Positions 21,908-29,984 of a stretch of DNA of 64,000 bases are shown piece by piece (position 1 is the first letter of the stretch; each line of letters starts with the position of its first letter). The translations under genes were made by a program, and so were the position numbers. Origin of the DNA: Vicinamibacterales bacterium (GTDB lineage Bacteria > Acidobacteriota > Vicinamibacteria > Vicinamibacterales > UBA2999). The stretch is taken from NCBI GenBank assembly GCA_050742535.1, contig JBOGIQ010000002.1:1575-65574 (forward strand). Reading direction: 5' to 3'. A model generated the notes under the pieces. That model was given only the letters and a program-made list of their open reading frames with translations. It was not told where the DNA came from and did not search any database.

Positions 21908-23836
21908 GTGATGAAGAACCGCAAACTGCAGTTCCTTCTCGGTCCCGTCCTCGTCCTCGTGCTGTTCGGGGCGGTGGTCCAGATGGCCTCGTGGCTGATG
22001 AGCCGTGAGTACAAAGAGCCTTACGGAGCCCCTGCGGCGACGGTGGACTCCACGCCACGCGCCGCGGGACTGGCTGACGAAAAGGCTGACACAGAGGCGA
22101 GGGCCAAGGCGAAGCTGTACGAGGAGGCCGAATATCGGACCTTTCCAGTCGTTGGGAGCCGCGTAGCCATTTGGTCGGTCGCGCAGCTCCACCTGCTGTT
22201 CGCGGCGTTCGTCCTTGCCGTTCCGCTGTTCGCATTCATCATCGAGGTGATCGGCTACAAGACCGGAGATCTCCGATACGACAAGCTCGCGCACGAGTTC
22301 ACGAAGCTCCTGTCCGTCTCCTTCTCGCTCACGGCGACCTTCGGCGCGTTCCTGACGTTCATGCTGATCGCGCTGTACCCGAAGTTCACGAACTATCTGA
22401 TGAGCGTGTTCTCTCCCACGTTTCTCCCGTACGTACTGCTCTTCTTTGCCGAGGCGGGCTTCCTCTACACCTATTACTACGGCTGGGGGAAGTTCCATCC
22501 GCTGGTCCACCTTGGTTTAGGGCTCGGCCTGAACCTCGTGGGTACGGCGATCATGTTCATCGCCAATGCCTGGCTGACGTTCATGATGTCGCCGAACGGG
22601 GTCTCGGATACGGGGGCGGTGATCTCCGTCATGGACGCGGTCTACAACTTCACGTGGATGCCGATCAACGTCCATCGAGTGATCGCCAACGTCGCGTTCG
22701 GCGGATCGGTCGCGGCCGCCTACGCGGCCTTCAAGTTCCTCCAGGCGAAATCCGACGAGGAGCGCGCGCACTACGACTGGATGGGTTACATCGGGAACTT
22801 CGTCGCCATCAGCGCCTTCCTTCCGCTTCCCTTCGCCGGATACTGGCTCGCGAGTGAGATCTACGCCTATTCGCAGACGCTCGGGCTGACGATGATGGGC
22901 GGAGCCTTCTCATGGCTCTTCATCATTCAGGCCGTTCTGATCGGGAACCTCTTCCTCGCCGCCAACTTCTATCTCTGGCTCGGGATGGGACGTGTCGAGG
23001 AAGCGCAGCCGCTGCAGAAGTTCGTCAAGTACCTGCTCATCGCGATCGCGATCTGCTTCGCGGTCTGGGCGACACCGCGATCGATCATCGCGACGGTCTC
23101 CGAGCTCCGGGCGATGGGCGGATCGGCACACCCCGTTCTCGGCTTTCTCGGCGTCATGTCCGCCAAGAACACCGCCGTGAACATCCTGATCCTCACGACC
23201 TTCATGAGCTTCCTCCTCTATCGCCGGACAGGGAAGGTCGCCACGGTGCCGTGGGCGAAAACGGGCCATGCGGCGCAGCTCACGATCTTCGCCGCCGCCG
23301 CGATCTTCGTCATCTTCCTCGGCGTCTACGGGTACTTTGTCGAGGCGAGCGTCAGGATTGGCCTGTCGGTGCCCCAGGTCGGTTCGGTTCTGTTCGCGAT
23401 GGTGGCCATCACCGCGATCGACATCTTCCTCTTCCGCGGGGCGAAGACGGCCGCGGTGCGCTGGGGAAGGGTCCCGGCCAGTTCCCAGTACGTGCTGATT
23501 TTCATCGCGGTCACGTTCACGTGGCTCATGGGACTCATGGGCTACGTTCGCTCCGGGCTCCGCCAGCACTGGCATGTCTACGGCGTCATTCGGGACAACT
23601 CGCCCGACGCGTTCACGCCCACCCTCGGCTTCGCGACGCAGGTTGTCTCGGTGACCGTGCTGATCTTCTTCTTCCTGATCGGCTTCGTGTTCTGGCTCGC
23701 GAGCCTGCACGAGCGAGCCGAGCATCGAGCATATGCGCCATCACCCCAGAAAGGGCCGCACACGGGCGTGGACGTGGTTCTCGATGGCGCGCGCCTCTCC
23801 GCGCCGAACGTCGAGGGGCGCACCGGGCTGTCATGA
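21908..23836 (+). CDS. Cytochrome bd subunit I (CydA) superfamily homolog, ~14 TM, no Q-loop, no adjacent CydB
   Basis: 642 aa. Blocks alignable by eye to E. coli CydA: AQLHLLFAAFVLAVPL (H19 region), LLFFAEAGFLYTYYYGWGKF (conserved Glu region), FIANAWLTFMMSPNGV (ANGWMQNP-like), NVHRVIANVAFGGSVAAAYAAF (H186 region). There is an extra N-terminal TM and about 7 extra C-terminal hydrophobic segments. Confidence 0.8.
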   Translation: MMKNRKLQFLLGPVLVLVLFGAVVQMASWLMSREYKEPYGAPAATVDSTPRAAGLADEKADTEARAKAKLYEEAEYRTFPVVGSRVAIWSVAQLHLLFAAFVLAVPLFAFIIEVIGYKTGDLRYDKLAHEFTKLLSVSFSLTATFGAFLTFMLIALYPKFTNYLMSVFSPTFLPYVLLFFAEAGFLYTYYYGWGKFHPLVHLGLGLGLNLVGTAIMFIANAWLTFMMSPNGVSDTGAVISVMDAVYNFTWMPINVHRVIANVAFGGSVAAAYAAFKFLQAKSDEERAHYDWMGYIGNFVAISAFLPLPFAGYWLASEIYAYSQTLGLTMMGGAFSWLFIIQAVLIGNLFLAANFYLWLGMGRVEEAQPLQKFVKYLLIAIAICFAVWATPRSIIATVSELRAMGGSAHPVLGFLGVMSAKNTAVNILILTTFMSFLLYRRTGKVATVPWAKTGHAAQLTIFAAAAIFVIFLGVYGYFVEASVRIGLSVPQVGSVLFAMVAITAIDIFLFRGAKTAAVRWGRVPASSQYVLIFIAVTFTWLMGLMGYVRSGLRQHWHVYGVIRDNSPDAFTPTLGFATQVVSVTVLIFFFLIGFVFWLASLHERAEHRAYAPSPQKGPHTGVDVVLDGARLSAPNVEGRTGLS

Positions 23837-24516
23837 CAATCCCGCTCGTTGCCCGGATTGGCGTTCTCGTCCTCGCGACGACTGCGTTCTATGGCTACGT
23901 CGGCCAGATGGTGCCTCAAAGCGAAGTTCAGCCTCCCGAGGAGATCGCCATCAGAGCCGACCTCACGACGCCAGAGATGGTCGAGATCGGCCGCGAGATC
24001 GCTGACGGTAAGGGCCTGTGCCGGACCTGCCACACGATCGGCCAGAGCGGTGCGCTCCGGTTCCCCGACCTCGCTGGAGTCGCCGGTCGCGCGGCGGAGC
24101 GCGTCCAGGGCCTGAGCGCTCTCGACTACTTCGCCCAATCGCTGTACGAACCTGACGCCTTCGTTGTGCCGGGATTCAATCCGGGGATGCCGACGATCAA
24201 CAGGCCCCCGATTGGCCTGACCGATCAGGAGATCCTCTGCGTGATCGCGTACCTCCAGTCTCTTGGCGGCACGCCGACGGTCACGCTCCAGACGAGCCAC
24301 CGCTACTACGCCGCGCCGGCCACGCCGGGTGCGGCGCCGCCTGGCGCCGCGGCAGGCGCACCCGTTACGACGCCGGCCGCACCGGGCGTACCGGGTACCA
24401 CGCCGGCCGCTCCGGGCGCTCCGCAGAAACCCGAGCCTGGCCAGCCGTTGCCTCTTACCCGGCCACCAGCCGAGCCGGCTCCCGCGGCCCCTGCGAGAGG
24501 AGCGGTCACACGATGA
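23833..24516 (+). CDS. Membrane-anchored monohaem cytochrome c with Pro/Ala-rich tail
   Basis: ATG 23833 (ATGA overlap with the upstream stop). N-terminal TM IGVLVLATTAFYGYV, a single CRTCH, and a downstream GMP Met-ligand candidate. Only the distal 227 codons of track ORF 22912-24516 are credible. Confidence 0.8.
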   Translation: MTIPLVARIGVLVLATTAFYGYVGQMVPQSEVQPPEEIAIRADLTTPEMVEIGREIADGKGLCRTCHTIGQSGALRFPDLAGVAGRAAERVQGLSALDYFAQSLYEPDAFVVPGFNPGMPTINRPPIGLTDQEILCVIAYLQSLGGTPTVTLQTSHRYYAAPATPGAAPPGAAAGAPVTTPAAPGVPGTTPAAPGAPQKPEPGQPLPLTRPPAEPAPAAPARGAVTR

Positions 24517-25331
24517 ACATCCTCGTCGTCGTCGCGGTTGTTGCCGCGTTCGGGCTTCTCCGCTTTCGTCGGGCCAACCTGCTGTTGTGGGCCATCGCCT
24601 GGTGGGCGGGGATTTACGTCCTGCTCCGATTCGGATTCACGATCCCGATTCCCGCCTCCGTCATCTCGATCTACATGGGAATTGTCTCTCTCGCGATCCT
24701 GGCGTACATGTCTTCCAGTCAGGAACGCCGCGAAGAGGTCTCCCGCCCGCTCATCCGGTTGATGACCGAGAAGCGGTACACCGCGCTCCTCGCCGCAACG
24801 GCGATTGCCATACCGGCGCTCGCAGCCGCGAACGTCTACGTCAAGTTGAATGTCCCCCTCGAGCCTCCGTTCTTTCCGCGAACGATCCATCCGGCATCGC
24901 CTTCCGAGATCAGGGTTCACGACAAGACGATCCCGATCGACGCTGGAGACAACCCCTTCAGACAACTCGAACGATCGAATCCGGAAGAGTTCCGCAGGCA
25001 CGTAGAAAACGGGCGCCAGGTCTACTACCGGAACTGCGTCTTCTGCCACGGCGACAACCTGGGGGGCAACGGCATGTTCGCGCATGCGTTGAACCCGATC
25101 CCGACCAATTTCGCCGACGGGCAGACGCTCCCGAATCTCAGCGAGACGTTCCTGTTCTGGCGAATCTCCAAGGGAGGACCGGGGATGCCCGACGAAGGGG
25201 CGCCATGGGACACGGCCATGCCCGCCTGGGAGAAGTTCCTCAAAGAAGAAGAGATGTGGGACGTGATTCTCTTTCTCTACGATTTCACAGGCCAGAGGCC
25301 CGCTGTGCGCGCCCTGGAGGCCGCGCACTGA
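24513..25331 (+). CDS. Polytopic (about 4 TM) membrane protein with C-terminal monohaem cytochrome c domain
   Basis: 272 aa, ATGA overlap at 24513. Four N-terminal hydrophobic segments, then CVFCH and GGPGMP...MPAW typical of class I cytochrome c. Confidence 0.8.
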   Translation: MNILVVVAVVAAFGLLRFRRANLLLWAIAWWAGIYVLLRFGFTIPIPASVISIYMGIVSLAILAYMSSSQERREEVSRPLIRLMTEKRYTALLAATAIAIPALAAANVYVKLNVPLEPPFFPRTIHPASPSEIRVHDKTIPIDAGDNPFRQLERSNPEEFRRHVENGRQVYYRNCVFCHGDNLGGNGMFAHALNPIPTNFADGQTLPNLSETFLFWRISKGGPGMPDEGAPWDTAMPAWEKFLKEEEMWDVILFLYDFTGQRPAVRALEAAH

Positions 25332-27034
25332 TGCGACCCCGACTGATGTCGCGCGCGTGTTTCGCGGCTCTGGTCGCCTGGTTGTGCGCCGGGATGGGAT
25401 CCGTGCGCCCGCAGGGGCAGGGTCCCGACGTCGGCACCGAAGCGCAGCGGGAGTCGGGCAAGAACCTGTATCTCAAGTACTGCTCGCAGTGCCACGGCGA
25501 CAAAGGGGACGCCGCGGGCTACGCTACACCGCATCTGCTCCCCCGGCCCCGCGACTTCACGCAGGGCAAGTTCAAGGTTCGCACGACCCCGAGCGGAGCG
25601 CTCCCGAGCCATCAGGATCTCGTCAACATCATCAGGCTGGGCATGCCCTATACCTCGATGCCCGCCTGGCCCGACTTGTCGGACGGGGAGGTGTCGGATC
25701 TCGCCTACTTCCTGACCACGTTCTCCGCCGACTTCTCGAACCCTGAGCGTGTGCCGCCGCCGATGGAGCTCCCGGGTGCGCCGAGCTCGACGAACGAGTC
25801 CATCGAGCTCGGAAAGAAGCTTTACGTGGATACCGGCTGCATCAAGTGCCACGGCAACCTCGGTCGGGGCGATGGACCATCGGCCCCGACGCTGACGGAC
25901 GACCTGGGGCAGCCAATACGGGCAGCAGACCTCACGCAGAGCTGGACCTTCCGGGGAGGATCCTCCCGCGAGGATATTTTCCGGACGATGACCGCGGGGT
26001 TCAACGGCACGCCAATGCCGTCGTTTGTCGACAGCCTCTCGACAGAGCAGCGGTGGGCGATTACGGACTATATAGCCTCGCTCTCGGGGAGCAACGGGCC
26101 TGGCTATACCAATCTCGTCATTGCGAAGCCGGTCCAGGATCCAATCGATTTGGAGAAAGGGGCTGCAAGCTTCGAATCTGCTCCGGTGGCCCGCTTCCCG
26201 ATCATCGGACAGATTACGGAGCCCGGACGCTCGTTTCATCCTCCCGCGACCTCCATGACGGTTCAGGCCATCTACGACGCCGAGTCGATCGCCCTTCTCG
26301 TTCGATGGCACGACATGAGCGCGGACAAGGCTGGAAAGAACGGGCCGACGCTTCCCGTGCCGCCGGAGGAGGAAGAGTCGGCGCCGGCAGGTGCGCAGAA
26401 GGCCGGAGAGAGCCCGTTTGGCGATGCGGAACTCGCGCCAGCTCAGAAGACCGAAACGGACCCCTTCGCCGAGGAAGCACCAGCCGTCCCGGCATCCGAG
26501 TTCTCCGACGCGGTCTCGATTCAGGTTCCCTCGCAGGTGCCGGCCGGCTCTCGCAAGCCCTATTTCATTCTTGGTGACACCCAGAGCTCGGTGGATCTCT
26601 GGTTCTTCGACCTGGCCCGCAACGGACCCCTTCAGTTCACCGGCCGGGGAAGCGCGGACGTCTCGCCCAACGACACGGGCGATCTCACCGGTGTCGCGAG
26701 CTACGACCAGGGACAATGGTCGGCCATCTTCAAACGGCCCCTTCGCGCCAGCTCGGGTGCCCCGTTGTCGCCCGGGCAGTTCATGCCGGTCGCCTTTTCG
26801 GTCTGGGACGGGTTCTCCCGCGAGCGTGGCAACCGGCGTGGTCTCACGGTCTGGCAGTCTCTCTACCTCGAGCCGGAAGCGGTTCCGTCGGTGATCGGTC
26901 CGATGGTGAGGATTGCCCTGATCATTCTTGCTATCGAACTCATCGTCATCGGCTTGGTGCGCTGGCGTTACGGCTCACGCGCCCGCGGGGCGCTCGGTGG
27001 TGACCCAAGTCAACCGGCAGCCACGCGAGCGTGA
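25331..27034 (+). CDS. Dihaem cytochrome c fused to an EB_dh (ethylbenzene dehydrogenase gamma / DOMON-like haem-binding) domain, C-terminal TM anchor
   Basis: ATG 25331 (TGATG overlap). Signal peptide; CSQCH and CIKCH. C-terminal half shows the EB_dh-like pattern (IYDAESIALLVRWHD..., WSAIFKRPL..., VAFSVWDGFSRERGNRRGLTVW). Final TM IALIILAIELIVIGLV. The upstream 356 codons of track ORF 24263-27034 are an out-of-frame artefact. Confidence 0.75.
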   Translation: MRPRLMSRACFAALVAWLCAGMGSVRPQGQGPDVGTEAQRESGKNLYLKYCSQCHGDKGDAAGYATPHLLPRPRDFTQGKFKVRTTPSGALPSHQDLVNIIRLGMPYTSMPAWPDLSDGEVSDLAYFLTTFSADFSNPERVPPPMELPGAPSSTNESIELGKKLYVDTGCIKCHGNLGRGDGPSAPTLTDDLGQPIRAADLTQSWTFRGGSSREDIFRTMTAGFNGTPMPSFVDSLSTEQRWAITDYIASLSGSNGPGYTNLVIAKPVQDPIDLEKGAASFESAPVARFPIIGQITEPGRSFHPPATSMTVQAIYDAESIALLVRWHDMSADKAGKNGPTLPVPPEEEESAPAGAQKAGESPFGDAELAPAQKTETDPFAEEAPAVPASEFSDAVSIQVPSQVPAGSRKPYFILGDTQSSVDLWFFDLARNGPLQFTGRGSADVSPNDTGDLTGVASYDQGQWSAIFKRPLRASSGAPLSPGQFMPVAFSVWDGFSRERGNRRGLTVWQSLYLEPEAVPSVIGPMVRIALIILAIELIVIGLVRWRYGSRARGALGGDPSQPAATRA

Positions 27035-27060
27035 GCTGTTGCGGGCAATCCGGAGGAGTC

Positions 27061-29070
27061 ATGTACAAGAGCATCTACGTTCCCGTCGATAACTCGGACC
27101 ACTCCAACCGCGCCGTCACCTGCAGCCTCGCGCTCGGGAAGGCGTTCTCGGCGAAGCTGGTCGGCTGTCATGTCTACGCGGCACAGCTGCACGACTATCG
27201 CTTCAGGCAGATGGAGTACACCCTGCCCGAGGAGTACATCGACGAGGTGGAACTGGAGCGCCAGCGCAAGATCCACGACAGCCTCATCACGATGGGCCTC
27301 AAGCTCATCTCCGACAGCTATCTCGATGGCATGTCGCGCCAGTGTGGCGAGTCGGGCCTGGCGTTCGAGCCGCGGATGATGGACGGGAAGCATCACACGG
27401 AGATCCTCAAGGATCTCGCCGGCTCACCGCACGACCTGGTCGTAATCGGCGCATTAGGCATCGGGCGCGCCAAGGACAGCGTCATCGGCTCCGTGTGCGA
27501 ACGCGTGGCTCGCCAGTCCGACCGCGATGTCTGGGTGGTCAAGCACGTCCCCGAGCCGGGCGAGGCCGAGCGGGACACGATCCTCGTTGGCATCGACGGC
27601 AGCCCGCAGTCGTTCGGCGCCCTCATGACCGCCATCGACCTCGCACGCTCGTTCGGGAAGAAGGTCGAAGCGATCGCTGTCTACGACCCCTATCTGCACT
27701 ATTCCGTGTTCAACGGCATCGTCAACGTCCTCACCGAGCAGGCGGCGAAGGTCTTCCGCTTCGAGGAGCAGAATCAGCTGCACGAGGAGATCATCGATAC
27801 GGGCCTCGCGCAGATCTACCAGTCACATCTCGAGGTCGGCGAGCGGATGGTGAGCGAAACAGGCATCGAGATCAAGAAGACGCTGCTCGACGGCAAGCCC
27901 TTCCAGAAAATCATCGACCACGCGCGGAAAACGAATCCGTGGCTGATCGTGCTGGGACGGATCGGCGTCCACAGCCCGAAGGGCGAGACCAGTCTCGGGA
28001 GCAACGCGGAGAACATCCTCCGCTCCGCGCCATGCGACGTCCTCCTCTCCACGCGGCTCGAAGTGCCGCGCCTCGACCTGCGCGCCGAAGAAACCATCAG
28101 ATGGACGCCTGAAGCCGAGGCGCGGATGACGCACGTGCCCGAGCAGGTCAAGGGCATCGCGCGCACCGGCGTCCTCCGGCTGGCGCTCGAGAAGGGACAC
28201 TCCGTGATCACGAGCGCGGTGATCGACGAAGCGATGGATCGGTTCATGCCGAAGAGTGCCTCGGCCGCGACGAAAGCGCTGGCCGAGGCGGTGGCTCTCG
28301 AGCGGGCGAAGTCCGGCCCGGTGTCGATGTGCCGGTCGTGCGGCGTCGCGGCGACGCAGAGTGGCGCCGTCAAGTGCACCGTGTGCGGTTCCACGGACTT
28401 CGAGGTGATCTCGCAGGAGATGATCGAGAAGATTGCGGCCGCCGAGGGAGGCCTCGAGGAAGAGACGACCTACGACGGACGCAAGCTCCGCTGGTCCGAG
28501 GACGCGAGGAAGGGCCTGTGGACCATGAAGAACGCGTATCAGCGCCGCCGCGTCAAGGCGCGTGTCGAAAAACGCGCGCGCATGATGAAGCTCGATGCAA
28601 TCACGCTCGACTTCGCGCGGCAGGTGATCGAGGAAGAAACCGGAGCGCCGCTGGAGATCCAGGTTCGTACTGCGCCACTCCCTGAGAGCGCCGCGGCCGC
28701 AACGGGCGAAGCCCGGCTCGTGGTCCGCGACGACAAGAAGAACCCGTTGATCTCGACCTTCGATTGGACGAGTGATGCCGCACAACGCATCCTGCGCGTG
28801 CCGGCCGGCTTCATGCGGAACCAGACGCAGGAGCGGATCGAGGAGCTTGCGCGGGAACGCGCCGCGTCAACCATCGACCTGGCGCTCGTCGAGGAGGGCA
28901 TCGAGATCGGCAAGAAGATGATGGCCGAGATGATCGCGACCTATCAGGGCCCGTCATCGGCGAAGCCCGCGGCTGCGACACCGCGTGCGTCGGTCAGCGG
29001 CAACGGCAATGACAGCGGGTATCTCAATGAGGTGAGCCCGCTCACGGCACGCAGTGCGTCTGAGGGGTGA
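27061..29070 (+). CDS. Tandem universal stress protein (Usp) domains fused to three PCP_red (BchB/ChlB C-terminal-like) repeats
   Basis: ATG 27061 is preceded by GGAGGAG (27052-27058). Usp-type starts MYKSIYVPVDNSDHS and ILVGIDGSPQS. The three ~45-aa repeats are IRWTPEAEARMTHVPEQVKGIARTG..., LRWSEDARKGLWTMKNAYQRRRVKAR..., FDWTSDAAQRILRVPAGFMRNQTQER.... A CxxC..CxxC knuckle (CRSCG...CTVCG) sits between repeats 1 and 2. Confidence 0.75.
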   Translation: MYKSIYVPVDNSDHSNRAVTCSLALGKAFSAKLVGCHVYAAQLHDYRFRQMEYTLPEEYIDEVELERQRKIHDSLITMGLKLISDSYLDGMSRQCGESGLAFEPRMMDGKHHTEILKDLAGSPHDLVVIGALGIGRAKDSVIGSVCERVARQSDRDVWVVKHVPEPGEAERDTILVGIDGSPQSFGALMTAIDLARSFGKKVEAIAVYDPYLHYSVFNGIVNVLTEQAAKVFRFEEQNQLHEEIIDTGLAQIYQSHLEVGERMVSETGIEIKKTLLDGKPFQKIIDHARKTNPWLIVLGRIGVHSPKGETSLGSNAENILRSAPCDVLLSTRLEVPRLDLRAEETIRWTPEAEARMTHVPEQVKGIARTGVLRLALEKGHSVITSAVIDEAMDRFMPKSASAATKALAEAVALERAKSGPVSMCRSCGVAATQSGAVKCTVCGSTDFEVISQEMIEKIAAAEGGLEEETTYDGRKLRWSEDARKGLWTMKNAYQRRRVKARVEKRARMMKLDAITLDFARQVIEEETGAPLEIQVRTAPLPESAAAATGEARLVVRDDKKNPLISTFDWTSDAAQRILRVPAGFMRNQTQERIEELARERAASTIDLALVEEGIEIGKKMMAEMIATYQGPSSAKPAAATPRASVSGNGNDSGYLNEVSPLTARSASEG

Positions 29071-29921
29071 GCTCGTACCGCTTTTGCCGCACCGATGACA
29101 TCGGGCTACTCGTCGACGCGCTGAATCGCTGTTGGCTGCCGTACTTTCCCGACGAGGGGCCGATGACGCCGGCCGCGTTCAAGCGGTCGATCCGCGACCT
29201 GCAGGTGTGGTGCAGCAGCTGCATGGTCGCCTTCTCGGGGTCCGACCCGATCGGCGTCCTGATCGGCGCCAAGCGGCCTTCCGGAACCCTCGTCCATACA
29301 CTCGCGGTCCATCCCGATCATCGGCGTCAGGGTCATGGGCGCCACCTGCTCGCGTCGCTCGGCTCGAAGCTCGCGATCCTCGGCCCCCCGAGAATTGCCG
29401 CTGAGGTCCCCGAGACTCTCGCGCCTGCCTGCGCGCTGTTCGGCGCAAGCGGGTATGTCCAGGAAGCGCTGCTGACAGACTACGTCTCGCAGCGAGCAGC
29501 CGAAGACAGTGAAACCCGTCAAGGGTTCGTCATCCCGGTCACGGTTGACGATCTCGCGGCCAATGACCTCCTTGGACAGGTGCAACCGCAGGTCTGCTGG
29601 AATCGCTCCGTCGAGACGCTCACGGCAAGGAAGGACGAGATCGCAGGACTCGCCGTCGCCTCCGACGAGCGAATCGAGGCCTTTATTCTCTACGTGATGA
29701 ACGGCATAAAAGAGACCGAGATTCTATCGCTCCGCTCCTTCATCGAGGACGGTGGCGCCCGCTTGAAGCAGCTGCTCTCTCAACTCCACGCGCGAGGCGT
29801 TGAGACCTTCCGGTTCCCGAAGGTCCACCCGGCCGAGATCTCGAAGGAGTGGCTGGAGACGCTCGGGTTCCGCGCTGCCGGCAGGCACCTGCTCTATGCA
29901 GCGAAGGCGCGGTCCGACTAG
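29067..29921 (+). CDS. GNAT-family N-acetyltransferase
   Basis: 284 aa, GTGA overlap with the upstream stop. Acetyl-CoA motif LAVHPDHRRQGHGRHLLASL. Confidence 0.7.
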   Translation: MSSYRFCRTDDIGLLVDALNRCWLPYFPDEGPMTPAAFKRSIRDLQVWCSSCMVAFSGSDPIGVLIGAKRPSGTLVHTLAVHPDHRRQGHGRHLLASLGSKLAILGPPRIAAEVPETLAPACALFGASGYVQEALLTDYVSQRAAEDSETRQGFVIPVTVDDLAANDLLGQVQPQVCWNRSVETLTARKDEIAGLAVASDERIEAFILYVMNGIKETEILSLRSFIEDGGARLKQLLSQLHARGVETFRFPKVHPAEISKEWLETLGFRAAGRHLLYAAKARSD

Positions 29922-29984
29922 ACGATTTCGTTCGCGCTTCGATTCGCGTACCATCGGCTCGACACATTTCCGGAGGCGTCTCGC

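Noticed and set aside
22912-23832. N-terminal ~307 codons of the 534-aa track ORF 22912-24516
   Set aside because: This part overlaps the cydA-like gene out of frame and translates to Arg/Pro-rich nonsense. The credible gene starts at ATG 23833 (TM + CRTCH) with an ATGA overlap.
24263-25330. N-terminal ~356 codons of the 923-aa track ORF 24263-27034
   Set aside because: It is out of frame over two well-supported cytochrome c genes. The signal peptide and haem motifs begin only at ATG 25331.
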